Assembly: GCA_044229375.1 (NCBI GenBank)
Contig: JBGATE010000001.1
Location: 618-64,617, forward strand
Direction of reading: 5' to 3'
DNA from: Chitinophagaceae bacterium
GTDB taxonomy: Bacteria > Bacteroidota > Bacteroidia > Chitinophagales > Chitinophagaceae
Length of the DNA: 64,000 nt
The notes beneath the pieces are model-generated. The model ran no database searches, was not told the origin of the DNA, and worked only from the letters and a program-made list of their open reading frames with translations. A program made the translations under genes and the position numbers. Below, one piece after another: positions 10,415 to 19,938 of the stretch (positions within the stretch are counted from its first letter, which is position 1; each line of letters begins with the position of its first letter).

Positions 10415-10984
10415 TTATCCTGCCTGGTCATAAGCCTTCCGTATCCAGTCTACCAGATTTTTATTGATCATTTTTTCATCCTCCACCCTGATCCGGTGTG
10501 TGCACATAGCATTCCACTTGCTTCCTTCTTCCACATTACCAGACGGGGCAACTCCCTTAATATTCAGTCCTATATCCAGCCTGTCTTTCGTCGAGGGCTG
10601 AACCAGGGCAAACTGCTTTTTGCGCCGGAGGCTGACATAAGCTTTTTTGGGCGCTACTTCCACATCTTTCCCAAACTTGCTAACCTCGGCCATGATCTTA
10701 TCAAACCAGGGTTTCAGGTTCTCCTTTCCCCTGTACTGTTCCGATATGAGATCATCACTTTTCTCAGCGGCTCCCGCATGGGATTGTTTGGCGAAATGAA
10801 CCACCACGTTGGCATTGCCGTGCGTGAAACCGTGTTTCTCTTTCAAGAAATTCACCAGCTCTCCGTGTTTGGCAAAGCCGGACTTATTAACGATGGAAAT
10901 CCATTCTTCCAGTTTTTTACCCGTATTCTTTTCAATATTTTTGATCTGGGTGTGGGTGGCCTTGTCAAGGGTTGCGCTGCTCAT
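10415..10984 (-). CDS. DUF4287/DUF5655 domain protein
   Basis: NIEKNTGKKLEEW...KHGELVNFLKEKHGFTHGNAN; PKKAYVSLRRKKQFA; WIRKAY. Confidence 0.8.
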   Translation of the reverse strand: MSSATLDKATHTQIKNIEKNTGKKLEEWISIVNKSGFAKHGELVNFLKEKHGFTHGNANVVVHFAKQSHAGAAEKSDDLISEQYRGKENLKPWFDKIMAEVSKFGKDVEVAPKKAYVSLRRKKQFALVQPSTKDRLDIGLNIKGVAPSGNVEEGSKWNAMCTHRIRVEDEKMINKNLVDWIRKAYDQAG

Positions 10985-11047
10985 ACGTTTTGATTTATGG
11001 TTGGCAAAATAGATAAATCCGTTCAACCGGTATTGTATAAAATTAAC

Positions 11048-11866
11048 CTATCCGGCAACCGGTAAATAATTCATAAATGGTCCTCTCTTATCGAGGTAGG
11101 AAACAGGATTCAGCCCGGAAAAATCACGGAACTCTTTTATAAAATGCGCCTGGTCGAAATAACCGCATTCATAGGCAAGGGAGGCCCAGTCGATCCGCTC
11201 TTCCCGGCCGATCAGTTGAATCACTTTTTGAAACTTGTGGATCCGCGAAAACATTTTGGGAGCCAGTCCCACATATTTCCGGAAAAGCGTGATCAGGTGC
11301 TTTGGACTGACCCCGGTTTTGCCAGACAATTCCCGGATCGTCCAAACCTGGGGGGATTGCACGAGCTGAGCTACGGAATACTCCACCAGCGGGTTTCGCT
11401 CCATCCTACTCTTCCCTTTCTGAAATAAGAACTGTTCCAGTAATTCAAACCTTGTTTCAATGATGCAAGTTTCCAGGATGGCTTCCCTGATACTATGAAT
11501 CCCGTTACCCCATATTTCATCCAGCTGGATGGTCCGGTTGTTCAATTCGAACATCGGGAAATCCACAAAGGGATAACAGCCGCCGGGTTTAAAATGTGCC
11601 CCGATCATATGTGAAACGGAAGCGTCTATCAGGATATAATCCGTTTTCATCCCCGAGATCCAGCTCCTCTTCAGCGTGGTAAACCGGCTTCCTCCCTCGT
11701 CGTGAAAGAGTTTCTTCGGCGGTTCGGTCAGGTCAATCAGGAGATCAACGGAACCGTCGGGCAGCAGTTTTTCGATCGAGTGTTCAGCGGCATACCCCTC
11801 GTAATAGAAGAAGAATTCGATGTATTGCGAAAGGGGGAATGCGGGTGTATGCATGCGGTAGATCAT
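11048..11866 (-). CDS. AraC family transcriptional regulator (DUF6597 N-terminal domain)
   Basis: LLPDG N-terminal motif; C-terminal HTH LAYECGYFDQAHFIKEFRDFSGLNP. Confidence 0.9.
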   Translation of the reverse strand: MIYRMHTPAFPLSQYIEFFFYYEGYAAEHSIEKLLPDGSVDLLIDLTEPPKKLFHDEGGSRFTTLKRSWISGMKTDYILIDASVSHMIGAHFKPGGCYPFVDFPMFELNNRTIQLDEIWGNGIHSIREAILETCIIETRFELLEQFLFQKGKSRMERNPLVEYSVAQLVQSPQVWTIRELSGKTGVSPKHLITLFRKYVGLAPKMFSRIHKFQKVIQLIGREERIDWASLAYECGYFDQAHFIKEFRDFSGLNPVSYLDKRGPFMNYLPVAG

Positions 11867-11945
11867 GACCAGGCTTTACCAGGGTTGGAGGATGATGAAA
11901 CAATTTTTTTGAACCATGGTAACATGCATACGGTTCCTATATTAA

Positions 11946-12401
11946 CTACCGTTTTAACGCTTTTTCATAATATTTTATCCACTCATCGGGTGTGATCTTC
12001 GAAGCCAATTCGCCGATCAGTTCAAAAGGTATATCCTCCGGTTTTTTATAACGCATACAGCTTTTCCCCATATCCAGCTTTTTCGGGGAAGCTTTTGCAT
12101 GGGCCGCTGTAAACCATTTATTCAATTCGGGAATGGCGTAAACTCCCATATGGTATACCGCGATAAAATTCTTCTGGGAAGCAATACTCATAAAAGGCAG
12201 CGGCTGTTTGGGGTCGCAATGGTAGCCTGCCGGGTATCTGGAGTGTGGCACGCAATACCCGATCATCCCGTACGTCATGGCTTCTTTGAATCCTTTTGGC
12301 AGATTTTTCTTTATGATACTGCGAAGTTTTGAAAACGCTTTCTGCCTTTCAACAGGTATTTCAGCGATATATGCTTCCGGTGTAGTTGCTTTGGATTGCA
12401 T
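11946..12401 (-). CDS. DUF1801 domain protein
   Basis: YGMIGYCVPHSRYPAGYHCDP..PLPF, LDMGKSC. Confidence 0.85.
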   Translation of the reverse strand: MQSKATTPEAYIAEIPVERQKAFSKLRSIIKKNLPKGFKEAMTYGMIGYCVPHSRYPAGYHCDPKQPLPFMSIASQKNFIAVYHMGVYAIPELNKWFTAAHAKASPKKLDMGKSCMRYKKPEDIPFELIGELASKITPDEWIKYYEKALKR

Positions 12402-12410
12402 AATCTTCTT

Positions 12411-12833
12411 TTATTGATTAGAAAGATAAGAACCAATAAGGAAAAGAAAAACTAAACCTGAAACAATTATCGGTGGCCAGAAAGTGAACCGGGCCTGGAA
12501 AAGGAATACCGCGCCAAAAACGATCAGCTGGATCAGCAGTATCCCCTGCCATAAATCCGGGCTGATCCCGGAACGGATAAAATACCAGTTCAATACAGCT
12601 CCAAGGATATAGATCAGCGTGAAACAAATACTGACCCCGGTAAAGATGCTTCTGAAACTGCGGCGGATACCGCCTCCCAGGTTCATTTTATAATTGGACA
12701 TCAGGTCGAGTAACTGCTTTTCGGTATCATTAGCGGGTTTAGGTTTTGATATAAAACTCAGCGAATGAAAAAAAGCAGTGAGCAGTTGTGCAACGACAAC
12801 GCCCCAGGTCCAGAAAAAGAAGTTTGATAACAT
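12411..12833 (-). CDS. Hypothetical membrane protein (LIC_13387-like)
   Basis: About four hydrophobic segments; H at the end of TM1; P.NDTEKQL..LM. Confidence 0.65.
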   Translation of the reverse strand: MLSNFFFWTWGVVVAQLLTAFFHSLSFISKPKPANDTEKQLLDLMSNYKMNLGGGIRRSFRSIFTGVSICFTLIYILGAVLNWYFIRSGISPDLWQGILLIQLIVFGAVFLFQARFTFWPPIIVSGLVFLFLIGSYLSNQ

Positions 12834-12849
12834 AATGTTGTATTGAAAG

Positions 12850-13374
12850 TTAATATTCAAGTATCCTGAAAAATTCGGTCCAGGGCCCAATTTCGCCCTT
12901 GTATTGCTTGGCCATCACTCTTGTTACCTGGGCAATATGTGTCAGGTCGTGCACCACCCAGGTAGCGAGCAGGTTCCGGAGGCTCACTTCCCCCAGGGAT
13001 GGATGTATGCCTTGTTTGTCCAGGTCTTCCTCTGACAGCCGGCGTGACCTTAGCCAGGAAAGGTTTTCCCTCCTTAATTCCGCAAACTCGCTTAAAAGCT
13101 GTTGCAGCGTCTTACCCTTACTGGCTTCAAATTGAGCAAACCTGTCCCAGGGTTCAAAGGGTTTCCCCAAACCTGATGCAAGGATGATCCCGGCCCTTAC
13201 GACCCAGTCTGTTTTCTCTCCGTGAATAAGATGCCCCAGCACATCAAATGGCGAAAAGGTTTCCGGTCCTTCGTTATTCATTAGCCATTCATCATCCAGT
13301 CCTTCCAGCAATGAACGCAGCACAGCCGGTGTTCTTTCAAGGATCTCGTACGATCTGCTCAAGTCAAATTTCAT
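12850..13374 (-). CDS. DinB family protein
   Basis: LERTP, SPFDVLGHLIHGEKTDW, W.VHDLTHIAQ metal-binding His triad. Confidence 0.9.
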   Translation of the reverse strand: MKFDLSRSYEILERTPAVLRSLLEGLDDEWLMNNEGPETFSPFDVLGHLIHGEKTDWVVRAGIILASGLGKPFEPWDRFAQFEASKGKTLQQLLSEFAELRRENLSWLRSRRLSEEDLDKQGIHPSLGEVSLRNLLATWVVHDLTHIAQVTRVMAKQYKGEIGPWTEFFRILEY

Positions 13375-13728
13375 TTTCCAGGTATTGTTTTAATGTTTCG
13401 AGCCATTTGGGCCAGGCCCCTTTCACTGCTTCATACTACCAGTCCCGGTGCTCTCTCATTTCCCCGGGATAAGGTCCCTGTTTCAACCTGAGCAATGAGC
13501 CAGCCGGTGCGGCCGAAGCGTCGAACTGTAATTCGAAGGGCCGGGGAATGGCCGTTCGGAACCCAGGTACAAATAATCCCCGGCATGCAACAATCCATTG
13601 GATTCAAACTGTTTTATCACCCCCGTAGATACATAGTTGAACCCGTTCCCGGTGACGCTTCGGGTAAACGCCTGAATGATCATTTCGGGTGGTACAGCAA
13701 TCTCAATGCTACAGGGGACCCTTCTCAC
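13364..13728 (-). pseudogene. Degraded SRPBCC/START-family gene
   Basis: N-terminal SIEIAVPPEMIIQAFT and GFNYVSTGVI. A downstream segment in another frame reads HRDW*YEAVKGAWPKWLETLKQYLENEI, a typical SRPBCC C-terminal helix with an in-frame TAG. Confidence 0.7.
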
Positions 13729-14060
13729 GGTTTTTTATTTTTTGGCAATTTCTCTTTTACGAGTTTGTAGGAAAGCTCTAGCAGTTCCTTGCCTTCTTTT
13801 ACCATCAACCGGCCGATGTCATCCACCTTCACCCATTTATTCCGGGCCAGGTATGGCGCCGGCATGAATCCTTCCCGCTCTGACAGTTCTTCGAATTTCT
13901 CTTCGGTTGTTTTGAAAGAGGCGGTGACCGGCGATTCATCGGGAGATGTGATCAGGAACATCTTGCCCCCTACGTTAAAACATAAATGATTTTCCCATTT
14001 GATGTCCTCCGTTACGCCGGGCAATTGTTTGCAGAATTTTTGAATGGATTCGAGTGTCAT
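13725..14060 (-). CDS. MmcQ/YjbR family DNA-binding protein
   Basis: FCKQLPGVTEDIKW, FNVGGKMF, PAPYLARNKWV, SYKLV. Confidence 0.9.
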   Translation of the reverse strand: MTLESIQKFCKQLPGVTEDIKWENHLCFNVGGKMFLITSPDESPVTASFKTTEEKFEELSEREGFMPAPYLARNKWVKVDDIGRLMVKEGKELLELSYKLVKEKLPKNKKP

Positions 14061-14092
14061 GATTGCTGCGTTTTTCCTTTTCCTGCCGGCGA

Positions 14093-14593
14093 TCAGGAAT
14101 TGATCACATTCCCGAGCGAAACATCCCTGTTCCGGAGATCGATCCCCCCTTCCAGCAGCGATTTCAGATTCGCCAGGTAAAAAGTCCAGCCTGTTTTGCA
14201 TCCGGTATGCCAGTACTGTTTTCCCTGTTCATCGTCCGGGATCTGGTCCTGCCGGAGTTCAACCAGGTTTTGTCCGTTCTCCTTTTTTATTGTTACAGTA
14301 CAGTTGCCGGCTTTGCCAAAACTGAATTTAAAATGATCTTTCCCGTTGCATGAAAGCACCTCGCCATGCTCCACGGTCTCATCACTCCACCCGTGCCAAA
14401 GCCAGCGATAGGTATCTCCTTTTTCCACCTGCTCATCCATACCCCGTTCGCTTCCATCCGGTTTTTTATACTCACTCAGCCGTAAAAACCAGTATTCCAT
14501 TCCGGCACGAGTGGCCCAGCAACTGTACAGTTTTTCGGTTGTTGCATTTACCGGCACTCTTACCGTGAATGTTGTCCAGTTAAATTCCGGCAT
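14093..14593 (-). CDS. SRPBCC (AHSA1-like) domain protein
   Basis: W.TF..R..VNA..EKLY..WAT...WF; C-terminal GWTFYLANLKSLLEGG. Confidence 0.85.
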   Translation of the reverse strand: MPEFNWTTFTVRVPVNATTEKLYSCWATRAGMEYWFLRLSEYKKPDGSERGMDEQVEKGDTYRWLWHGWSDETVEHGEVLSCNGKDHFKFSFGKAGNCTVTIKKENGQNLVELRQDQIPDDEQGKQYWHTGCKTGWTFYLANLKSLLEGGIDLRNRDVSLGNVINS

Positions 14594-15081
14594 TACTCCG
14601 TTTTTATTCTTGAATAATAAAAATCCGATCGCTTCCCCGGTGAAGTCGGTCCCCCGTCAATGTAAGCATGAATGGAATCCCTGTTCACTTCAGTATATGT
14701 GATCCGTTTAGGAAAATCATGTTCAGGGTTCCCGGCAACAAACCCGTTTTCACTGTGCGAGGTGATCCTGAACAGTACCGGCTGTTCGTTGTTCTGTCCC
14801 TGCGCAGTGGGAATATAATAGTAGTCCTTCCCCCGGAAAACCAGCTGTATCCTCTCCAGGAGTATGGTTTCGCCGGTATTCCTTATCATCCTGCTCTCCC
14901 CGGTCATCGTGCTGTCGTTCAAAGGTTCCCATTTCTCCGTGATGACACCCCGTTTCGTATTCATCTTCCATGAGCCGTTCATCCAGTGAAATGACTGCAT
15001 CTTATTTGCATTCGCTATGAATGGGTCTGCCGGTGCGTTGACAGCCATAAAAAGCGGGATGGCGAACAGCAGCTTTTTCAT
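14593..15081 (-). CDS. DUF6265 family protein
   Basis: Signal peptide; W..GSW, E.W, NPEHDFPKRITY. Confidence 0.8.
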   Translation of the reverse strand: MKKLLFAIPLFMAVNAPADPFIANANKMQSFHWMNGSWKMNTKRGVITEKWEPLNDSTMTGESRMIRNTGETILLERIQLVFRGKDYYYIPTAQGQNNEQPVLFRITSHSENGFVAGNPEHDFPKRITYTEVNRDSIHAYIDGGPTSPGKRSDFYYSRIKTE

Positions 15082-15473
15082 GACAAGTACTTTTCAGGAA
15101 CTGAATGCAGGGCAATGCGGTTGCCTTCCGTATCCGTGAAAACGGCCATAAACCCGTATTCGGGACTGATCTCCGTTTTGGGAACGAGGATCTTTCCGCC
15201 GGCTGCTTCCACCCGGTCAAGGATGATCTGCACATCGGGGTTCCCGTTCAGGTAGATCAGGGGGCCTTCTGTTGCGGAAGGAATGTGGAATCCATCCGTC
15301 TGAACAAGGGCTCCGCCCACCCCGTCCATCGGGTTGTCGAGCGGGAACATCCGCATCCTGAAATTGGCCATTTCCAGCGGTACCATCGAGATCTTAAAGA
15401 TAGTCTCGTAGAACCGCTGGGCCCTGTCGATATCGGTGCTGGGTATCTCAAACCAGCTGATTGCATTTTTCAT
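15078..15473 (-). CDS. VOC/glyoxalase family protein
   Basis: ISWFEIP..DIDRA..FY; VEAAGGKI; F.DTEGNRIALHS. Confidence 0.9.
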   Translation of the reverse strand: MKNAISWFEIPSTDIDRAQRFYETIFKISMVPLEMANFRMRMFPLDNPMDGVGGALVQTDGFHIPSATEGPLIYLNGNPDVQIILDRVEAAGGKILVPKTEISPEYGFMAVFTDTEGNRIALHSVPEKYLS

Positions 15474-15492
15474 GATCCTGTTTTTTTGATTA

Positions 15493-15912
15493 TTACTTTT
15501 TATATTTTTTCTTCATGTACTGATACGCTTGTGCGATCAATTCCTCCAGCACTTTCCTGTCGATATCTGCCAGTTTGCGGATATAAAGACAGGAAGAGCC
15601 GGTTTTGAATTTACCTAACTTTTTCATCAGTTCCGGAAACTGGCTAAACCCGGCTATGATGTAAATGGTCAGGTTCTGTTTCCGGGGTGAGAAACCGGTA
15701 ATGAACCAGTCTCCTTCCCGGCCGCTATCCGACTTGTAATGATAACTGCCGAATCCCACAATGCTGTCGCCCCACATGGCGGACTCAGCCTTCGTGAGCT
15801 TTTTCATCAGGGTAAGCAGGGTCATGCATTCAAGTTTCCGCTCTTCGTCTTTTACAGACTGAAGGAAAGACATAACACTTGCTTTGTTCAGTTTTGTTTT
15901 TAGTTCTGCCAT
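15493..15912 (-). CDS. DUF1801 domain protein
   Basis: MWGDSIVGFGSYHY...GREGDW..GFSPRK, LGKFKTG.SCLYI. Confidence 0.88.
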   Translation of the reverse strand: MAELKTKLNKASVMSFLQSVKDEERKLECMTLLTLMKKLTKAESAMWGDSIVGFGSYHYKSDSGREGDWFITGFSPRKQNLTIYIIAGFSQFPELMKKLGKFKTGSSCLYIRKLADIDRKVLEELIAQAYQYMKKKYKK

Positions 15913-16051
15913 CGTAGTACTTTTTCCTTTTCCTTTTCTGCAAAAGCTTTAATCAGGCCGTTTGCCATTCAGACATATGAGCCGGGTTATCGAACAATCC
16001 GATCACTTTTCCCAGCGACCCACTGATCGTGACCTCCTTTGAATATTTCAA
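15900..16051 (-). pseudogene. Internally deleted SRPBCC-family remnant
   Basis: (TTG)KYSKEVTISGSLGKVIGLFDNPAHMSEWQ resembles an SRPBCC N-terminus and is joined out of frame to IKAFAEKE, which resembles the C-terminal 'FKAFAE' end of that family. Confidence 0.55.
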
Positions 16052-16061
16052 GCCGGATGTA

Positions 16062-17174
16062 TTACTGGTTAATATCCTTTCCTTCATTCAATTTAATAAT
16101 AAATCCTTCTAGCTGTTTCTTTGTATTTTCATTGGGGGCCTGTGCCATCGCTTTTTCGGCATGTTTTACGGCATTCCTGAAATCCCCTTTCGCTGAATAC
16201 CCGCTCATCAACCCGTTGTTGACCCCAAATACATCCCCGTATCTTTTCTCACTGGATTTAAAAACCTCCATCGCCCTGTCCGTTCTTTTCTGACCGATCA
16301 GTTGCCTGCCATAAGCGGTGTGCTGGTTGGCCGTGGCAATGGTCAGGGCTTCGGTCATTACGCTGTCCGCTTCGGGGATGCGTTTTAATTTTTCATACGC
16401 GGTAGCCAGGTTACGCAGGGTAATATAAGTTTTTTGCCCGGCGGGGCCGTTCACCGCCTGGATGCTCCAGGTTAGCGCTTCTTCCAGGTTGATATTCTTA
16501 TTCAGGCAGTACTGGGCCGCCTGCAGTTCCAGTGCGGGTGTAAAGCTTTTATTACTTGTCATTTCCTGCCGGAGTTTTGCAATCACAATATTGTCAACGT
16601 CAACGTCTATCCGAAACGGAACCAAAAGTTTTTCCCATTGCAATGCGATCACGCAGTGTTTCTCGCCGTGCTCAATGAATTCATACTTCAGCCATTCCAC
16701 ACTTTTATCCAGGGCAACCGGTTTAACATCCACCCGCAGCACATCATCCTCTTCTTTATAATAAAAGCTGCCCCAGGCACCTGCCTGCCTGGAAAAGATC
16801 AGGGTCACTTTATCGGCACCCATGGCCATAAACAGGGCATACGTGCCGGCCTTCATTTCCTTACCCTCCACTTTTATATCATGCTCAAATGTAATGAGGG
16901 TCGCTTCATTTGCGCCGGCCCGCCAGGGGGCGTCATTTTTTCCTGACGCAAAATTCGTTTCCTTAAACCCGTAGGGGACGCGGTTCCCGTCACCGAAGAT
17001 CTTTCCTTCCCTTTTATTAACATCCGGTCTTGCGTATTTTATCGTGATGGAAGTAATTCCCACTTCCTCGCTTACCATGGCGCGGGGATTACCCCCGCTG
17101 GGCGGCAGGTCCATTTGGGCGGAAAGCCGGTTCAGCGACAAGAATGCCAGGAGCAGAAATGAAATCTTTTTCAT
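16062..17174 (-). CDS. DUF2911 domain protein with TPR C-terminus
   Basis: ITIKYARP, VPYG, PWRAGANEAT, AGTYALF; C-terminal helical TPR-like repeats; signal peptide. Confidence 0.88.
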   Translation of the reverse strand: MKKISFLLLAFLSLNRLSAQMDLPPSGGNPRAMVSEEVGITSITIKYARPDVNKREGKIFGDGNRVPYGFKETNFASGKNDAPWRAGANEATLITFEHDIKVEGKEMKAGTYALFMAMGADKVTLIFSRQAGAWGSFYYKEEDDVLRVDVKPVALDKSVEWLKYEFIEHGEKHCVIALQWEKLLVPFRIDVDVDNIVIAKLRQEMTSNKSFTPALELQAAQYCLNKNINLEEALTWSIQAVNGPAGQKTYITLRNLATAYEKLKRIPEADSVMTEALTIATANQHTAYGRQLIGQKRTDRAMEVFKSSEKRYGDVFGVNNGLMSGYSAKGDFRNAVKHAEKAMAQAPNENTKKQLEGFIIKLNEGKDINQ

Positions 17175-17379
17175 TGTGTTTGTTTATGAGTATGATTAAG
17201 GATTTGCGTTACGGACAGTACCGGCTCCCGCGTGAACCGAAGGGCCTGCCTTTTAAAGTTCAGGAATTTACTTCGATAAACCGTGCCGCTCATCACGGTA
17301 AATGTTCTTTCAAACTGAATCTGGTGAGTGTCAACCCGGAAGGAGATGATTTCCCGGGACTTAAAAAATCAGATGTTTT

Positions 17380-18024
17380 TTACTGGCTGCAGTGTATCGC
17401 CCATTCCGTTTCAGGTAATTCAAGTGCTTTGAAATTGCCGGGCATTGAACGGATGCCAGTGGCGATCCCGTTCATCGTGAAATGCCTGAACCGGTGCTCC
17501 AGTTTCAGGATCAATCCCCCATTGGCTTCCCGGCCATACGTATCCCAGTTGTAAGAACGATGATTCACATAGGTTGCAGGAGCGATCTTTAGCTCCGTGC
17601 TGATGTAATACTTCACCAGGGAGTTTTCTTTCTGCATTTCCAGGACACGGCATTTGTAACCCAGTATCTTTTCATCCGTATCATACACCCGGGTTGAGAT
17701 CACCCGGTCGGTCGGGATGCCGTAATCCTCGCATTGATATTCCCCGCCGGTTCCGGTTTGGGAAATACAGCGGTTCCGGTTTCCCGAGTAGTAATATTTT
17801 ATGGTGTCGGGACCAAAAAAAACACTTTGATACCCCGTGCTGTCATAGCTGAACCGGCTTTTTGACGGCCTTTGCCTGGCAATCGAATCTGCATTGAGCG
17901 AATCGCTGCTATAGGAATAGTTGTAATCAACAGTCCCGGAAAAGCAGGAATCTTTTTTTCCGTTTTTGCAGCCCAACCAGCTAAGAGCGGCCCAACATAT
18001 TATACCGATTTGTCCGGGCCTCAT
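17380..18024 (-). CDS. Hypothetical lipoprotein (GLPGLI/DUF4412-like)
   Basis: Lipobox WLGC; TDEKILGYKC; GGLILK. Confidence 0.6.
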   Translation of the reverse strand: MRPGQIGIICWAALSWLGCKNGKKDSCFSGTVDYNYSYSSDSLNADSIARQRPSKSRFSYDSTGYQSVFFGPDTIKYYYSGNRNRCISQTGTGGEYQCEDYGIPTDRVISTRVYDTDEKILGYKCRVLEMQKENSLVKYYISTELKIAPATYVNHRSYNWDTYGREANGGLILKLEHRFRHFTMNGIATGIRSMPGNFKALELPETEWAIHCSQ

Positions 18025-18536
18025 TTTTTTCGACGGTATTCGAGATCGTATTCGGTGGTCCAGGTTTTTCCATCGTCCATACTGCGTTCACCAAACTGGC
18101 GGACCCTGTCGTTATCAAGTTTGGTAAAGGTCAGCCTTCGCTTATAGATTTCTCCCTTCGATCCTGTAACACGATCTGCATAAAAGATGATCCTTCCTTC
18201 GCTGCCCTCTCCGCGCAGAAATTCTGTTGTTTGGCCGGTATTATCCGTCCAGGTTTGCTGCCACTGACGGGTAGCGGCGTTAAAGGAGTTGAAGCTTTTC
18301 CCGGAATAGATCAATCCATTCTGAGCGCCGGTACTGGTCCATTCTTCCAGTATGACACAACTGTCGAGAATAAGACTGATCCTGCTATCGCCTGCTTTTT
18401 GCCCCTTTACTCCAAAAGCCTGCCATTCGCCGATCCAAAAATCAAACTGGCGGAACTCGGGTTTGGAACAGGGTTTTTGGGCAACCAGGGATAACCCGAA
18501 AAAGAATAAAAAGCCTGCAAGTGACGGTTTTCTCAT
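18021..18536 (-). CDS. Hypothetical secreted protein (DUF1579-like beta fold)
   Basis: PEFRQFDFWIGEW, CVILEEW, G.SFN, WQQTW.DN.G, SMDDGKTW. Confidence 0.75.
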   Translation of the reverse strand: MRKPSLAGFLFFFGLSLVAQKPCSKPEFRQFDFWIGEWQAFGVKGQKAGDSRISLILDSCVILEEWTSTGAQNGLIYSGKSFNSFNAATRQWQQTWTDNTGQTTEFLRGEGSEGRIIFYADRVTGSKGEIYKRRLTFTKLDNDRVRQFGERSMDDGKTWTTEYDLEYRRKK

Positions 18537-18627
18537 TTGTATTTCAGTTTAGTACAAAGACAGACAATTTTTATCAGGAGAGTCGCTGTCCGCCGGTCAG
18601 CTTATTATGCCACACAACAAGAAAAAT

Positions 18628-18662
18628 AAAAGACCTTTCCGCCTTACGGCAGAAAGGTCTTA
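18628..18662 (-). terminator. Intrinsic terminator
   Basis: aagacctttc(cgccttacggca)gaaaggtctt with an A-tract on its left (U-tract on the minus strand). Confidence 0.65.
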
Positions 18663-18680
18663 ATAAGATTAAAGAAACGA

Positions 18681-19085
18681 TCACTGGCTTCCGCCACCGG
18701 AACCCTGGCCACCACCCTGTCTTTGGGGGCGCATGGAAGGCTGGATCTTTTCTTTCCAGATAATGAATTGTTCTTCGCCAAGCACGGCTTTCATGATCTC
18801 ATCCTGGGCATCTGAATATTTTTTCATTTCTGCCTGAAAAGTTTCCCTGTCGGGCATTCCGCCCGCCATCAGTTCCTGGCGTTTGGTATCCTGCGCCTTA
18901 TAAAGGGCTACTAATGCTGTATCCAGCCTGGCCAGTTGGGAGGGCTCCAACTTGAAAGCACTGTCCAGTTTCTGATGGATGACAGCCACTCTTTCTTCCG
19001 GGGTACGGCGCATCCCGCCCGGCTGGGCCGAGGCAGCACTAAAAAAGACTACCGATACTACGGCGGTTATGATTAACTTCTTCAT
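18681..19085 (-). CDS. Hypothetical periplasmic helical protein (Spy/CpxP-like)
   Basis: Signal peptide; TPEERVA; L..EQ...W; Gly-rich tail. Confidence 0.65.
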   Translation of the reverse strand: MKKLIITAVVSVVFFSAASAQPGGMRRTPEERVAVIHQKLDSAFKLEPSQLARLDTALVALYKAQDTKRQELMAGGMPDRETFQAEMKKYSDAQDEIMKAVLGEEQFIIWKEKIQPSMRPQRQGGGQGSGGGSQ

Positions 19086-19227
19086 ACTTGTTTTTTAGAT
19101 AAAATATCGCTTTTTCGGTAATTATGACGCTGAAAATCCTGAAAACGTTCGCTAAAGGGGCATTTTTTTTGAGATGATGGTTTGCCGGAACTCAAGTATC
19201 TTGCAGCCCCTGAATAATGATGACTTT

Positions 19228-19704
19228 ATGGAATACAGTAAATTAGTTGCCGTGTCCGGTTTACCCGGTTTATTTGAGTTGCTCAACAGCAAAACCGACG
19301 GAGCCATTGTTCGCTCCCTGGAAGACAAAACCACCCGTTTCGTCTCCAGCCGCATCCACAGTTTTTCACAGCTTGAAAGCATTGAGATCTTTACGGTCCG
19401 GGATAATGTGAACCTGGTAGATGTGCTGAATGCCATGGACAAGGCCGGCGGAAAACTGCCTGACGAAAAGGACGCAGCAGCCGTAAAAAAGTACTTTGAA
19501 AAAGTGTACCCTGACATGGATTTTGAACGGGTTTATGCAAGTGATATGAAAAAAATGGTGAAGTGGTTTGAGCAATTGAAAAAGAACCATATCGAGATAA
19601 AGCTCAGCGAAATTCCGGAGGAAGAAGCCGTGGAAGAGGAAGTAAAAGAAGAGCCGGTGGCGGAAGAAAAGCCAAAGAAGGTTACGAGGAAGAAGAAAGA
19701 CTAA
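19228..19704 (+). CDS. DUF5606 domain protein
   Basis: MEYSKLVAVSGLPGLFEL; FSQLESIEIFT; P.MDFERVY.SDMKKMVKWF. Confidence 0.85.
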   Translation: MEYSKLVAVSGLPGLFELLNSKTDGAIVRSLEDKTTRFVSSRIHSFSQLESIEIFTVRDNVNLVDVLNAMDKAGGKLPDEKDAAAVKKYFEKVYPDMDFERVYASDMKKMVKWFEQLKKNHIEIKLSEIPEEEAVEEEVKEEPVAEEKPKKVTRKKKD

Positions 19705-19938
19705 GCTGTAAGGTACAGGGTACATGCCCGCCCTCCAATGCATCCAACTACGCTAAAGCTTTGTTCAATAAATTCAATCAGGCGGAATCAATAGAAATTC
19801 ATAAGTTAAAAATCAAACAGGTGTGTTCTCGTTTTCAACGCCTTTTTGATTTCACCAAAATTGCTGTTGAACCTTTTCTTAGGTTTCCCGAAAGCACCGG
19901 TAACCCCGTTTCGTAATCAAAAAATTTATAGCATCCCT

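Noticed and set aside
11863-11925. Possible third gene remnant (MLPWFKKIVSSSSNPGKAWS) overlapping the AraC start
   Set aside because: Too short to support homology by eye.
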